DNA of 55,261 nt, taken from positions 1 to 55,261 of the forward strand of contig CAYOIT010000005.1 in NCBI GenBank assembly GCA_964404035.1, written 5' to 3'. The position numbers were made by a program, and so were the translations under genes. The notes under the pieces were generated by a model. The model ran no database searches. It was not told the origin of the DNA and saw only the letters and a list, made by a program, of their open reading frames with translations. Source of the DNA: an uncultured Verrucomicrobiota bacterium. Its GTDB lineage: Bacteria > Verrucomicrobiota > Kiritimatiellia > CAIKKV01 > CAITUY01. Each line of letters starts with the position of its first letter. The stretch's first letter is position 1. Shown here in pieces: positions 18,270 to 28,682 of this stretch.

Positions 18270-19855
18270 TGGACGACAGGAACGATAATCAGGCGGGGCG
18301 GCCGGATCAAATCTGGCAGGATCCCAATCGGCCGGACCAGGGACGCCCGGACCAGGGACGTCCGGATCAAGGTCGACGCGACCCCCGCAACCGTCGCGGG
18401 CGTAGCAATCGCCCCCATCGCGACCGTGGGCCACGTCCGGTCGCAGACGCCAACAACATGGCGTCCGGCGGGGAGTCCCAGATGATGCTGGCGAGGGCGC
18501 CTGCCGACGGGTTGCCACGGGGAGATGCCGCGGCGCCCATGTTGCCCAATAATGGCGGCCCCGTGCTGCCTCCGCCTCCGCAGCGTCCCCAGGGAACGCC
18601 GCAGGCGCTGAAGCTTCAGGATCTTCAACAGAAGTCGGTTCCCGAGCTGAACACGATGGCGGACAGCTTCGGGCTCGTGGATCTGGGTGCCCTGCGCAAG
18701 CATGAGCTCATCTTTGAGATCATGCGGGCCAATGGACGCCTTAACGGATCCCTGCAGGGCCAGGGCGTTCTTGAAATCCTGCCGGACGGGTTTGGGTTTC
18801 TGCGCTCGCCCTACTACAACTATCTGCCCTGCCCGGAAGACATCTATGTCTCGCCGTCGCAGATCCGGCGCTTCGCGCTGCGGACCGGCGACCTGGTCGA
18901 AGGCGAGATCCGCGCGCCGAAGGAGAAAGAACGGTTTTTCGCCCTGGTCAAGGTGGACCGGGTCAACGAAGGCGACCCCGACAAATCCAAGACCAAGGTG
19001 CCGTTCGAGAACCTGACCCCGCTTTTCCCCGACAGTCGCTTTCTTCTGGAACGCGAACCCGGCGAAGTCTCGATGCGAGTCATGGACCTTTTCACTCCCA
19101 TCGGGCAGGGGCAGCGCGGGTTGATTGTGGCGCCGCCCAGGACCGGCAAGACGGTGCTCCTGCAGAAGATCGCCAACAGCATCTCGACCAACCATCCGGA
19201 TTCGTACCTGATTGTTCTGCTGATTGACGAGCGCCCGGAGGAAGTGACCGACATGGAGCGGACCACCAAGGCACACGTCCTAAGCTCGACTTTCGATGAG
19301 CCGCCTGAGCGGCATGTCCAGGTCGCTGAAATGGTGATCGAGATGTCCAAGCGGATGGTGGAGTGCGGGAAGGATGTGGTGATTCTCCTGGACAGCATCA
19401 CGCGACTGGCGAGGGCGTACAATACGTTACAGCCGCACAGTGGCAAGATTCTCTCCGGCGGTGTGGATGCCAACGCGTTGCACAAGCCGAAGCGGTTCTT
19501 TGGCGCCGCCCGCAATATCGAGAACGGGGGGAGCTTGACCATTATTGCGACCGCCCTGGTCGACACCGGCAGCCGTATGGACGAAGTCATTTTCGAGGAG
19601 TTCAAGGGAACCGGCAACATGGAGTTGTGCCTGGACCGCACGCTGGTCGACAAGCGCATCTTTCCCGCCATCAACATTGAGAAATCGGGCACTCGTAAAG
19701 AGGAACTCTTGCTCCATCCCGATGAGCTCAGTAAGATATGGATTTTGCGCCGTGCTATCAACGGCGTCCCGCCGGTCGAGGCGATGGAGTTGATCGTTAA
19801 CAGGCTTAAGAAAACGAAGAGCAATGTCGAATTTTTGATGGCGATGAAAGAATAG
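18266..19855 (+). CDS. rho: Transcription termination factor Rho with N-terminal disordered extension
   Basis: [57 protein letters not shown]. Confidence 0.98.
   Translation: MMDDRNDNQAGRPDQIWQDPNRPDQGRPDQGRPDQGRRDPRNRRGRSNRPHRDRGPRPVADANNMASGGESQMMLARAPADGLPRGDAAAPMLPNNGGPVLPPPPQRPQGTPQALKLQDLQQKSVPELNTMADSFGLVDLGALRKHELIFEIMRANGRLNGSLQGQGVLEILPDGFGFLRSPYYNYLPCPEDIYVSPSQIRRFALRTGDLVEGEIRAPKEKERFFALVKVDRVNEGDPDKSKTKVPFENLTPLFPDSRFLLEREPGEVSMRVMDLFTPIGQGQRGLIVAPPRTGKTVLLQKIANSISTNHPDSYLIVLLIDERPEEVTDMERTTKAHVLSSTFDEPPERHVQVAEMVIEMSKRMVECGKDVVILLDSITRLARAYNTLQPHSGKILSGGVDANALHKPKRFFGAARNIENGGSLTIIATALVDTGSRMDEVIFEEFKGTGNMELCLDRTLVDKRIFPAINIEKSGTRKEELLLHPDELSKIWILRRAINGVPPVEAMELIVNRLKKTKSNVEFLMAMKE
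18329..18373 (+). repeat. 15-bp tandem repeat x3 (RPDQG) in the rho 5' region
   Basis: CGGCCGGACCAGGGA / CGCCCGGACCAGGGA / CGTCCGGATCAAGGT. Confidence 0.85.
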
Positions 19856-19871
19856 GGAGAACACAGTTTTC

Positions 19872-21182
19872 ATGAAAATCACGGTTGAAGAAGTGGGTCC
19901 TTGCCGCAAGGTGGTCAAGATCGAAGTCCCGGCGGAAGTGGTGTCATTGGAATACCGGAAGATCGTCGGTGAGTTTGCCAAGCGCGCGCGCATTCCGGGT
20001 TTCAGGCCGGGCAAGGCGCCGGCGGCCATTATTGAGAAGCAGTTCGTCAAGGAGGTCCTCGAGGAGACCCGCGAGCAGTTGCTCCCCCGGGCGTATCGGG
20101 AGGCAGTGATCCAGGAGAAACTGCAGCCGGTGGCCATTGTCGATGTGGGCGAAGTGCATGTGGACAAAGCCCTGCCGCTGGCCTTCAAGGTCACGATCGA
20201 TGTGCATCCCGAGTTCACGCTGCCGGAGTACAAAGGGATCGAGGTCAAGAGCCACAAGGTTGAAATCAAGGATGCGGATATTGACCAGGTCATCGTCAAC
20301 CTGCGCGAACGCAACGCTCATTTTGAACCCGTGACGGGGCGGCCCTCCGGGAAGAACGACGTGGTCGAGATCGATTACGAGGGAACCTGCGACGGACGCC
20401 CGTTGGCTGAAGTGGCTCCGGAGAATCCCGAACTGGCGCAGGGAAAAGACTTCTGGGTGCTTCTGACCGAGAACGCGCCGTTGTTTCTGCCGGGATTGCC
20501 CCCGCAGTTGGAGGGAATGGCGGTCGGCGACACCCGTACCGCAACCGTTTCCTTCCCTGCTGACTATCGCGTCAAGGCGGTGGCCGGCAAGGAAGCGACC
20601 TACTCCGTCACCGCGCGCGGTATCCGCGAGCGGATGCTCCCGGAAATGAACGACGAGTTTGTCAAGAGCATCGGCGTCGAGTCGGTGGAAGACCTTCAGA
20701 AGAAGATCCGCGAGAACCTTGAGGAGGCCGGTGTGGCCGGCGAGCAGAACCGTCAGAAAGACGAGGTCGTCAAGTGGCTCATGGAGCACACGGAGATCAA
20801 GGATTTGCCGCAGTCCATGGTTGAGGAGGAAGCCCGCCACATCATCCAGAATGTGGTGCAGGAAAATGTGCGGCGCGGCGTGGCCAAGGAACAGATTGAG
20901 GCCAACCGCGAGGATATTTTCAATCGGGCCGCCCAATCCTCGTCTGACCGGGTCAAGCTGGACTATATTCTCAGTCGTATCGCCGAGACCGAGAAGGTCG
21001 AAGTGAAGGCCGCCGATCTTGACAAAAGAATCAGTGACATGGCGGGCCGCCACCAGATGCCGCTCCAACGCATGAAGGCCGAGTTGGAGAAGGGCGAGGC
21101 GATGAAGGGGATGGAACACAGCGTGCGCATGGAAAAAGCTGTGGATGCCGTTCTGGCGCTGGCGGTTGTAACTCCGGAATGA
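19872..21182 (+). CDS. tig: Trigger factor
   Basis: [10 protein letters not shown] signature, FKBP-like middle domain, upstream of clpP-clpX. Confidence 0.96.
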   Translation: MKITVEEVGPCRKVVKIEVPAEVVSLEYRKIVGEFAKRARIPGFRPGKAPAAIIEKQFVKEVLEETREQLLPRAYREAVIQEKLQPVAIVDVGEVHVDKALPLAFKVTIDVHPEFTLPEYKGIEVKSHKVEIKDADIDQVIVNLRERNAHFEPVTGRPSGKNDVVEIDYEGTCDGRPLAEVAPENPELAQGKDFWVLLTENAPLFLPGLPPQLEGMAVGDTRTATVSFPADYRVKAVAGKEATYSVTARGIRERMLPEMNDEFVKSIGVESVEDLQKKIRENLEEAGVAGEQNRQKDEVVKWLMEHTEIKDLPQSMVEEEARHIIQNVVQENVRRGVAKEQIEANREDIFNRAAQSSSDRVKLDYILSRIAETEKVEVKAADLDKRISDMAGRHQMPLQRMKAELEKGEAMKGMEHSVRMEKAVDAVLALAVVTPE

Positions 21183-21259
21183 TGGGGTTGACGGGCGGAA
21201 GTCAAAAAACAAAGAGTCTCCTGAAATGGCCGATGCGCCTGTTGACGGGAGATGGGGTG

Positions 21260-21877
21260 ATGAACATGAAAAGTCAGATGCTGGTGCCGATGGTCGTGGA
21301 ACAGACAGGGCGGGGCGAGCGGGCCTATGATATCTATTCCCGCCTGCTGAAGGATCGCATTATCTTCATTGGGACGGGTATCGACGACGATATTTCCAGC
21401 CTGGTGATCGCCCAGTTGCTGTTCCTGCAGAGCGAGGACGCCGACAAGGACATCAGCCTGTACATCAACTCGCCCGGCGGGTCGGTGACCGCCGGCATGG
21501 CCATCTATGACACGATGCAGTTCGTGAAATGCGATGTGGCAACCTATTGTGTGGGCCAGGCCGCCAGCATGGGGGCCGTTCTCATGGCCGCCGGAGCGGC
21601 GGGAAAGCGGTTCTCGCTGCCCAACGCCCGGATCATGATTCACCAGCCCTGGGGCGGCGTGCAGGGGCAGGCGTCGGATATCAGCATTCAAGCCAAGGAG
21701 ATCCTGCGGACGCGTGACTGCCTGAACAAGATTCTGGCGTTCCACACCCGCAAACCGCTCGAAGTTGTGGCGAAGGATTCCGATCGTGACTTCTTCATGT
21801 CGGCCGATGAGGCCAAGGACTACGGCTTGGTTGATGCCGTGCTGACCAGCCGGAAAATTGCAGCGAAGAAGGACTGA
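21260..21877 (+). CDS. clpP: ATP-dependent Clp protease proteolytic subunit
   Basis: [37 protein letters not shown]. Exact start (21260/21266/21278) uncertain. Confidence 0.97.
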   Translation: MNMKSQMLVPMVVEQTGRGERAYDIYSRLLKDRIIFIGTGIDDDISSLVIAQLLFLQSEDADKDISLYINSPGGSVTAGMAIYDTMQFVKCDVATYCVGQAASMGAVLMAAGAAGKRFSLPNARIMIHQPWGGVQGQASDISIQAKEILRTRDCLNKILAFHTRKPLEVVAKDSDRDFFMSADEAKDYGLVDAVLTSRKIAAKKD

Positions 21878-21888
21878 GGAACCACACC

Positions 21889-23163
21889 ATGGCCAGATCC
21901 AAGAGTCGCGGAGAACCCTCCTGTTCGTTTTGCCTGAGACCGGCCACCGTGGCCGGCCAGTTACTCGCCGGGCCTCCCGGCACCTATATCTGCAAGGACT
22001 GTACCCATTTGTGCCGCGACCTGTTCACCAAGGGTGAGCAGGCCTCGGCGGGGACGCCGCGCAAGGAGGCTGCCAAGGAATCCGCGCCGCTCAAGGTGCC
22101 GAAACCGCACGAGATCCTCGAGTTTCTGAACCAGTATGTGGTGGGGCAGGAGCACTCCAAGAAGGTGTTGGCGGTCGCGGTTCACAATCACTACAAGCGC
22201 CTGCAGCAGGGGGACCATCCCGGAATGGCGGCCGCGTTCAAGGATGTCGAGATCGAGAAGAGCAACATCCTCCTGATTGGCCCGACCGGAACCGGAAAGA
22301 CGCTCCTGGCGCGAACCCTGGCGCGTTGTCTCGATGTGCCGTTCAGCATCTCGGATGCGACCACGTTGACGGAAGCCGGCTATGTGGGCGAGGATGTCGA
22401 GAACGTGCTGCTCCGCCTGGTTCAGGCGGCGGACAATAACGTTGCCCGCGCTGAACGGGGCATCATCTACATCGATGAGATCGATAAGATCGCGCGCAAG
22501 ACCGATAACGTTTCCATCACTCGCGACGTATCGGGTGAGGGGGTGCAACAGGCGTTGCTCAAGATTCTGGAGGGGACGGTCGCCAACGTACCGCCACAGG
22601 GCGGGCGTAAGCATCCCCAGCAGGAGTACCTCAAGATCAACACCCAGAATATCCTCTTCATCTGTGGAGGAGCGTTTGTGGGGCTCGACGACGTTTTGAA
22701 GCGTCGCGCCAGCAAGCAGGGACTGGGCTTTGGCGTGTCAGATGTCGCCAAGGTTGAGGCGCGAGACCTGCGGGTTGAGCCCGAAGACCTGATGAAATAC
22801 GGGATGATTCCGGAATTCATCGGCCGTCTGCCCGTCACGACGATTCTCGATTCGTTGACGGAGGCGGATCTGGTCCGCGTGCTGGTGGAACCCAAGAATG
22901 CGATGATCCGTCAGTATCAGAAGCTGATGGCGATGGAAAATGTGCAGCTGACGTTTGCCGAGACGGCCACGCATGAGTTGGCAAAGATGGCGATCAAGAA
23001 GCGCACCGGGGCGCGCGGCCTGCGGGCCATTCTTGAACACCTCATGTTGGAGATCATGTTCGAGGTGCCCAGGCGTGCTGACGTTCGGGAATTCCACGTC
23101 ACCAAAAGCATGGTGGTCGCCCAACGGCTTGAGCTCGAACGCAAGGCGGAAGCGGCGGCCTGA
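21889..23163 (+). CDS. clpX: ATP-dependent Clp protease ATPase subunit
   Basis: CSFC...ICKDC zinc finger, [39 protein letters not shown]. Confidence 0.98.
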   Translation: MARSKSRGEPSCSFCLRPATVAGQLLAGPPGTYICKDCTHLCRDLFTKGEQASAGTPRKEAAKESAPLKVPKPHEILEFLNQYVVGQEHSKKVLAVAVHNHYKRLQQGDHPGMAAAFKDVEIEKSNILLIGPTGTGKTLLARTLARCLDVPFSISDATTLTEAGYVGEDVENVLLRLVQAADNNVARAERGIIYIDEIDKIARKTDNVSITRDVSGEGVQQALLKILEGTVANVPPQGGRKHPQQEYLKINTQNILFICGGAFVGLDDVLKRRASKQGLGFGVSDVAKVEARDLRVEPEDLMKYGMIPEFIGRLPVTTILDSLTEADLVRVLVEPKNAMIRQYQKLMAMENVQLTFAETATHELAKMAIKKRTGARGLRAILEHLMLEIMFEVPRRADVREFHVTKSMVVAQRLELERKAEAAA

Positions 23164-23210
23164 TGGCCCTTGCCCCCGGTGCTCTACAGAAGAGGCCGGG
23201 GCTCCGCCTC

Positions 23211-23576
23211 TCAGACCGGGCGCAACCCCCCGACAATCCTGTTCTTCTCGTCCAACCGCACGACGCGCGGATGGTGCTGGGTCGCCTGGTCAGTCGGGAA
23301 CAACCCGAAGGTGAAGATCGTGAGCCGGTCGCCTATTTTCCCAAGGTGCGCGGTGGCTCCATTCAGGCAGATGACCCCCGCACCCCGTTCCCCGGAAATG
23401 GCGTAGGTCTCGAATCGGTTTCCGTTTTCGAGGTTGGCGACCAGGATCTTTTCGTAGGGCAGAATCTTGACGTAATCCATCACATCCCGGTCGATGGTCA
23501 AACTGCCTTCGTAGTCCAGATCGGCACTGGTGACGTGCGCGCCGTGAAGTTTGGATTTCAACATGTTCGAGAACAT
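23211..23576 (-). CDS. panD: Aspartate 1-decarboxylase
   Basis: MLKSKLH.A.VT, YEGSLTID (GS cleavage site), NGNRFETY, LNGA. Confidence 0.96.
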   Translation of the reverse strand: MFSNMLKSKLHGAHVTSADLDYEGSLTIDRDVMDYVKILPYEKILVANLENGNRFETYAISGERGAGVICLNGATAHLGKIGDRLTIFTFGLFPTDQATQHHPRVVRLDEKNRIVGGLRPV

Positions 23577-23645
23577 AATGTGCCTGCCTATCTCTAAATG
23601 GGGCAACAAGAATAGTTTCTTACGGGACGAACCTCAAGCGAAAGT

Positions 23646-25028
23646 TCAGGTCGGCTTTCGGCTGCTGTCCTGAACGGCCTTGTCGGATGCAGCCACTTCG
23701 TTCCGCAACCAGGTCAGCAGGTGGTCCCGATCGGGAGCCACACCCTCCAATTGGGCCTCGTAGGCTTTCTTGCGCCAGACTCCCACGTCACGACCCTCAG
23801 GGATGCCCAGCGCCATGACATCGCGGCCGCTCACCCAGGGGTCGGGGAGGACCGGCTCGGAGCGCATCTGGTCGAGGAAGGCGACCAGGTAGCCGTAGTT
23901 CTCCAGGTCACCATGGCTCGCCAGACAATCCAACCGGTGCAACTCGAGCTCCTGGACGAAGGTTGGCGCCCCCACCAGTTGGCGCAAGGTTGACCGTCGC
24001 ATCTCTTTGACGTCCACAAAGCGCATGTGGTTGCCGACCATGTGCCCGATCGCGGCCGCATCATCAGACGAAAACCGCAGCCGTTCCAGGATGCGCCGGG
24101 CGACCTCGGCCCCAACGCCGGCATGCCGTTCGAACCGCCATCGCCCTTCTTTGAGCTGGGCGGTCGGCGGCTTGCCCACGTCATGCAACAGCACGGCCCA
24201 GGCCAGCTGCGGGTCGGTGGTGTGCAGGGCGTTCAACATCAGAACCGTGTGCTTGAAAACATCCCCCTCCGGGTGGAATTCCGGAGGTTGTTCGGTGCCG
24301 TGCATGACGGCCACTTCGGGAAGGATGGCCTCGAGCAGAGCCAGATCGCTGAGCATGATCAGGGCCTCGCCGACGTGACGGGCCTCGGTCAGAATACGGG
24401 TGAGCTCTTCGCGGATACGCTCGGCGCTGATCATCACAATGCCCGGGGCGGCCGCCCGGATAGCCGCCGCCGTGGCGGGGTCCAGCGTGAACTCGAGCGT
24501 TGCCGCAAAACGAACCGCGCGCAGGAGCCGCAGCCGATCTTCCCGAAAGCGGGCCTCGGGATCTCCCACCGTCCGGACCCGGTGCTGTGCGATGTCCTCC
24601 ATCCCCTGCACGTAATCGAGCAACTCCTGCCGGACCGGGTCATAGAAGAGTGCGTTGATGGTGAAATCCCGGCGTTCGGCATCCGTTTCGGGATCCGAAA
24701 AGGTGACGCTTTCGGGGTGCCGTCCGTCCGAGTAAGCCGCATCTTTCCGGAACGTGGCCACCTCGTACCAGTGGTTGGCCACCTGCACGCGAATCACTCC
24801 AAAGGATTTCCCCACAGCCACGGACTCGGGAAACAGGTCAAGGACCTTATCCGGAATGGCGTTGGTGGCAAGGTCGTAGTCCTTGGGGGTTCGGCCCATG
24901 ACCAGGTCGCGCACGCAGCCGCCGGCGAAAAAGGCGATGAAGCCAGCCTTCTGAAGGCGTTGAACCGCCTCAAGGGCACCTTGTTGTTCCGGGGTGGCGG
25001 GCCCGGAGGGTAGGGGGTAAAGCTTCAT
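23646..25028 (-). CDS. cca: CCA tRNA nucleotidyltransferase / poly(A) polymerase family with HD domain
   Basis: GGCVRD, DYDLAT, RRDFTINA, EDRLRLLRAVRF, SAERIREE, HPEGDV..H, LLHDVGK. Confidence 0.9.
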   Translation of the reverse strand: MKLYPLPSGPATPEQQGALEAVQRLQKAGFIAFFAGGCVRDLVMGRTPKDYDLATNAIPDKVLDLFPESVAVGKSFGVIRVQVANHWYEVATFRKDAAYSDGRHPESVTFSDPETDAERRDFTINALFYDPVRQELLDYVQGMEDIAQHRVRTVGDPEARFREDRLRLLRAVRFAATLEFTLDPATAAAIRAAAPGIVMISAERIREELTRILTEARHVGEALIMLSDLALLEAILPEVAVMHGTEQPPEFHPEGDVFKHTVLMLNALHTTDPQLAWAVLLHDVGKPPTAQLKEGRWRFERHAGVGAEVARRILERLRFSSDDAAAIGHMVGNHMRFVDVKEMRRSTLRQLVGAPTFVQELELHRLDCLASHGDLENYGYLVAFLDQMRSEPVLPDPWVSGRDVMALGIPEGRDVGVWRKKAYEAQLEGVAPDRDHLLTWLRNEVAASDKAVQDSSRKPT

Positions 25029-25444
25029 GTTGTGGCCAGTGAGAATCCCTGGGGAAGGAGATCGCGCAGGGTGAAATGCTCGACTTCCGTCGGCTGGTCC
25101 AGCGGGGCGAGCAGAATCCTCAATTCCGGCCCGCAGAATTCAGAGAGGACCTGAAGACAGGCCCCGCAGGGGCGGGCGGCCGGGGTCGTCCCGCTGACGA
25201 TCGCGATGGCGGAGAAGTGGCGATGGCCCGCCGCGACGGCAGTTCCCACGGCGACACGCTCGGCGCACAAGGTCAGACCGTAGGAGGCATTTTCGACATT
25301 GCAGCCTGAGACCATCTGCCCGCCATCGGTCAGCAGGGCGGCACCCACGGCGAAGTGCGAGTAAGGCGAGTGACTGTGCCTGGCCGCGACCACGGCGGCT
25401 TCGATCAGGCCGCGTTCTTCGTTCAGTTGAGTCTGCGTCAGCAT
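25025..25444 (-). CDS. cdd: Cytidine deaminase
   Basis: PYSHFAVGAA, GCNVENASY, CAER, PCGACLQ. Confidence 0.96.
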   Translation of the reverse strand: MLTQTQLNEERGLIEAAVVAARHSHSPYSHFAVGAALLTDGGQMVSGCNVENASYGLTLCAERVAVGTAVAAGHRHFSAIAIVSGTTPAARPCGACLQVLSEFCGPELRILLAPLDQPTEVEHFTLRDLLPQGFSLATT

Positions 25445-25457
25445 ATCGATTCCTGAC

Positions 25458-26288
25458 TCATGCCGGTTTGGGTTTCGCCCATTGCTCGACGAAAGCCTGT
25501 AGTAATCTGGTCAACAACGGGATAGCCGCTCTGGCCCCGGCCAGGACATCGTTGTGCGAAAGGGTGGTGGCCGCGTCTGCGGCGGCGTTGGCAATGCAGG
25601 AAAGCCCCGCGACGCGCAACCCAGCGGCGTGCGCCAGGATCGCTTCCGGAACCGTGGACATCCCGACGGCGTCCGCGCCGAGACGCCTGAAGGCCAGAAT
25701 CTCGGCGGGGGTTTCATAGGACGGGCCCGAAACGGCCAGGTAGACTCCGTGCGCGACCGCGACACCGGCCTGGTGCGCCGCGGCATCGCACAGGGCGCCA
25801 TAGGCGCGATCGTAGACGCGCGACATATCGGGGAAACGGGGACCCCAGAAGGGCAGGGCTGGGCCCACCAAAGGGTTGATCCCCATGAGATTGATATGAT
25901 CATCGATGATCATGAGGGTTCCCGCCGTCAGGTCCGAACGGATACCGCCCGCGCTGTTCGTCAGGAGCACGCCCTCAGCCCCCATCGTCTTGGCAAGGGC
26001 GATGGGAAAAGCGATGGGGTCCCAGCCGGCGCCTTCGTACCAGTGACGACGCCCCGAGAATAACAGGAGTTGGACGCCGGCGTGTCGAGCGAGCATCAGT
26101 TCGCCACCATGCCCGGCGACCTGGGTCGCCCCCAGTTCCGGGATCTCGCCGTAACTGAGCGTGTGTTCGACCTGAAAGCCGTCAATAACGTCCCGCCATC
26201 CGGACCCCATGATCAGGGCCAGTGAGGGACGGGCGTCCGGAAGGGTGCGGCGGACACGTTCGGCGGCGAGGAGAGAAGATGGGTTCAC
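25458..26288 (-). CDS. punA: Purine-nucleoside phosphorylase (trimeric class)
   Basis: IMGSG, GRRHWYEG, LTNSAGG, GPSYETPAE, GADAVGMSTVPE. Confidence 0.93.
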   Translation of the reverse strand: MNPSSLLAAERVRRTLPDARPSLALIMGSGWRDVIDGFQVEHTLSYGEIPELGATQVAGHGGELMLARHAGVQLLLFSGRRHWYEGAGWDPIAFPIALAKTMGAEGVLLTNSAGGIRSDLTAGTLMIIDDHINLMGINPLVGPALPFWGPRFPDMSRVYDRAYGALCDAAAHQAGVAVAHGVYLAVSGPSYETPAEILAFRRLGADAVGMSTVPEAILAHAAGLRVAGLSCIANAAADAATTLSHNDVLAGARAAIPLLTRLLQAFVEQWAKPKPA

Positions 26289-27586
26289 AGACGCTCCAGA
26301 ACAAGAGGTGGTGGGGTGACCGGGTCAGGGGAGATTGTAAAGGCGCTTTCGATCAGGGGGAGGGCCGCCGCGATCCGTTCCTCCGTTGAGGCGTGCAGCA
26401 GGGCCAGCGATTCGCCCTTGAACACTTTTTCCCCGATCTTGACCAGGTTGGACAGACCGGCGGCGTGATCGATGGTGTCCGTGGTTCGGGTTCGTCCCGC
26501 GCCCAGCAGCAGGCTGGCCCGTCCGATCTTCCCGGCATCCGCCGTCTGCACGTATCCCCCGATGGGTGCGGTACAGGCGTGCTGGACGGGAGCAGTGCGA
26601 AGCCGCTCAGGGTGGTCGATCACCCTGACATCGCCGCCCTGGAGCGCGACCATCTTCTTGAAGGTCGTGAGTGCAGCGCCCGAGGCAAGGTGATCCAGGA
26701 GCATCGGCAGGGCTTCCTTCTCATCCTTCACCAGCCCGGCCAGACGGAGCATCTCGCTGCCCAGTAGCAGCGTGAGCTCGGTCGAATCCGCCGGTCCCTT
26801 TCCCGCCAGGATGGCGATGGACTCGATGAGTTCGAGGGTGTTTCCGACGGAACGGCCCAGGGGTTGGTCCATGGCCGTGATGAAGGCGGAGACGCGCTTA
26901 TTCATGGCGCGCCCGACACGCACCAGGGCTTCGGCCAGCGCCCGGGCGTCGGCGCGGGTCTGCATGAAGGCCCCACACCCGCACTTCACGTCCAGAACCA
27001 GGCCATCGAGTCCTGCGGCGAGTTTCTTGCTCATGATGCTGGCGACAATCAGGGGAATGGAGGGCACCGTTGCCGTGACATCGCGCAAGGCATAGAGCTT
27101 GCGGTCTGCGGGAACCAGTTGCTCCGTCTGCCCGATCAGGGAACAGCCGCAATTCCGCACCACCGCCGTGAACTCGGGGATGGTCAGGCTGGTACGGTAG
27201 CCGGGAATGGACTCCAGTTTGTCGAGCGTGCCGCCCGTGATGCCCAGTCCGCGACCGGAGATCATGGGCACCGCCACGCCACAGGAGGCCACGAGCGGAG
27301 CGAGCGGCAGGGATATCTTGTCGCCGATTCCCCCGGTGGAATGTTTGTCGACTTTGGGCAGCAGGATGAGCGAGGTGTCGACGAGCTCGCCCGAGTGCAT
27401 CATCACGCGGGTCATGGTGGCGGTTTCTTCGGGCGTCATCCCCTGGAAGTAGATGGCCATGGCCAGCGCGGCCATCTGGTAGTCGGGAAGGTCGCCGCGG
27501 GCATAGCCCCCGATGAAGAACGACAGCTCGTCATCGGACAACACCTCGCCATTGCGTTTCTTCTCGATAATCCATTGCGGAAGCAT
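26285..27586 (-). CDS. pdp: Pyrimidine-nucleoside/thymidine phosphorylase
   Basis: IEKKRNG, DKHSTGGIGDK, SGRGLG.TGGTLDKLESIPG, SIMSKKLA. Confidence 0.95.
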   Translation of the reverse strand: MLPQWIIEKKRNGEVLSDDELSFFIGGYARGDLPDYQMAALAMAIYFQGMTPEETATMTRVMMHSGELVDTSLILLPKVDKHSTGGIGDKISLPLAPLVASCGVAVPMISGRGLGITGGTLDKLESIPGYRTSLTIPEFTAVVRNCGCSLIGQTEQLVPADRKLYALRDVTATVPSIPLIVASIMSKKLAAGLDGLVLDVKCGCGAFMQTRADARALAEALVRVGRAMNKRVSAFITAMDQPLGRSVGNTLELIESIAILAGKGPADSTELTLLLGSEMLRLAGLVKDEKEALPMLLDHLASGAALTTFKKMVALQGGDVRVIDHPERLRTAPVQHACTAPIGGYVQTADAGKIGRASLLLGAGRTRTTDTIDHAAGLSNLVKIGEKVFKGESLALLHASTEERIAAALPLIESAFTISPDPVTPPPLVLERL

Positions 27587-27592
27587 ACCGGC

Positions 27593-27621
27593 ACAATAGG
27601 CCCCGTTGTTTCGGCTGTCAA
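27593..27621 (-). promoter_or_regulatory. sigma70 promoter, probably giving a leaderless pdp mRNA
   Basis: TTGACA-N17-TATTGT, then 6 nt, then ATG. No SD. Confidence 0.75.
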
Positions 27622-27736
27622 ACCATGAGTCGCGGCGAACGATGACGGAAGCCCGCGGCCAGGGGGCTTTCTCAGCCTTGTCAATCGGGCTCAGGATCGG
27701 ATACATAGAACCCGAACAACAAAGCGAGGCACAAAC

Positions 27737-28636
27737 ATGAGCATGACCTTGGTGGTCCTGGCGGCGGGGATTGGCAGTCGGTACGGGGGCTTGAAGCAGA
27801 TCGAGGCAGTCGGGCCGAACGGCGCCATTGTCATCGAGTATTCAGTATCCGACGCGATTCGATCGGGATTCGATCGGGTGGTGTGCGTGATCCGGCGCGA
27901 TATCGAAAAGGATTTCCGGGCGGTGGTAGCGTCGCGTTTTGAACAACGTATTGCGGTGGACTACGTCTTTCAGGACCTGGACGATATTCCCGCAGGATTC
28001 GCGGCAGGCGGGCGCCAGAAACCGTGGGGGACAGGCCATGCCGTGCTGGCGGCAAGGCGCCTTGTGAAGACGCCGTTTGCGGTGATCAATGCCGACGATT
28101 TCTACGGGCGGGGATCGTTCGAGGCCCTTGGGCGGTTCCTGGGGGGTGTAGCTCCCGCGTCGGCCGATTACAGCATGGTGGGTTTCACGTTGCGGAACAC
28201 CTTGTCCGAGCACGGTCATGTGGCGCGTGGCGTGTGCGAGGTGGATTCGAAGGGGTTCCTCAAGGGTGTGGAGGAATGCACCCGGATTGAGAAGCACGGC
28301 GTTGGGGCGCGCCTCACCAAGGCGGATGGGGCCTGCCGCGACTTCACGGGTGATGAGGCTGTCTCGATGAACATGTGGGGCTTGACCCCCTCGCTGTTTC
28401 CCCAACTGTCGAAAGAGTTTCCCCGTTTTCTGGAAGCCTCGGGTCGTGATCCCAAGGCCGAGTTCTTTCTGCCGACGGTGATTGACGGTCTGGTTCAGGC
28501 CGGGCAGGCGAGCGTGAAGGTGTTGCAGACGCCCGAACACTGGTTTGGGGTGACTTACCCTCAGGATAAGGCCGTCGTGGTCGAAGGCATCGGAAAACTG
28601 GTGGCGCAGGGCGTGTATCCCGAAAAGCTCTGGTAG
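27737..28636 (+). CDS. Sugar-phosphate nucleotidyltransferase family protein
   Basis: LVVLAAGIGSRYGGLKQ, KPWGTGHA, VINADDFYG, VSMNMWG, WFGVTY. Confidence 0.88.
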   Translation: MSMTLVVLAAGIGSRYGGLKQIEAVGPNGAIVIEYSVSDAIRSGFDRVVCVIRRDIEKDFRAVVASRFEQRIAVDYVFQDLDDIPAGFAAGGRQKPWGTGHAVLAARRLVKTPFAVINADDFYGRGSFEALGRFLGGVAPASADYSMVGFTLRNTLSEHGHVARGVCEVDSKGFLKGVEECTRIEKHGVGARLTKADGACRDFTGDEAVSMNMWGLTPSLFPQLSKEFPRFLEASGRDPKAEFFLPTVIDGLVQAGQASVKVLQTPEHWFGVTYPQDKAVVVEGIGKLVAQGVYPEKLW

Positions 28637-28682
28637 CAGGGTGGCGGGGCCGGTTGTCGTCCTGGCACCGGTCTGGTACTGG

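Noticed and set aside
23163-23597. 144-aa + strand ORF after clpX
   Set aside because: Antisense to the clearly recognisable panD.
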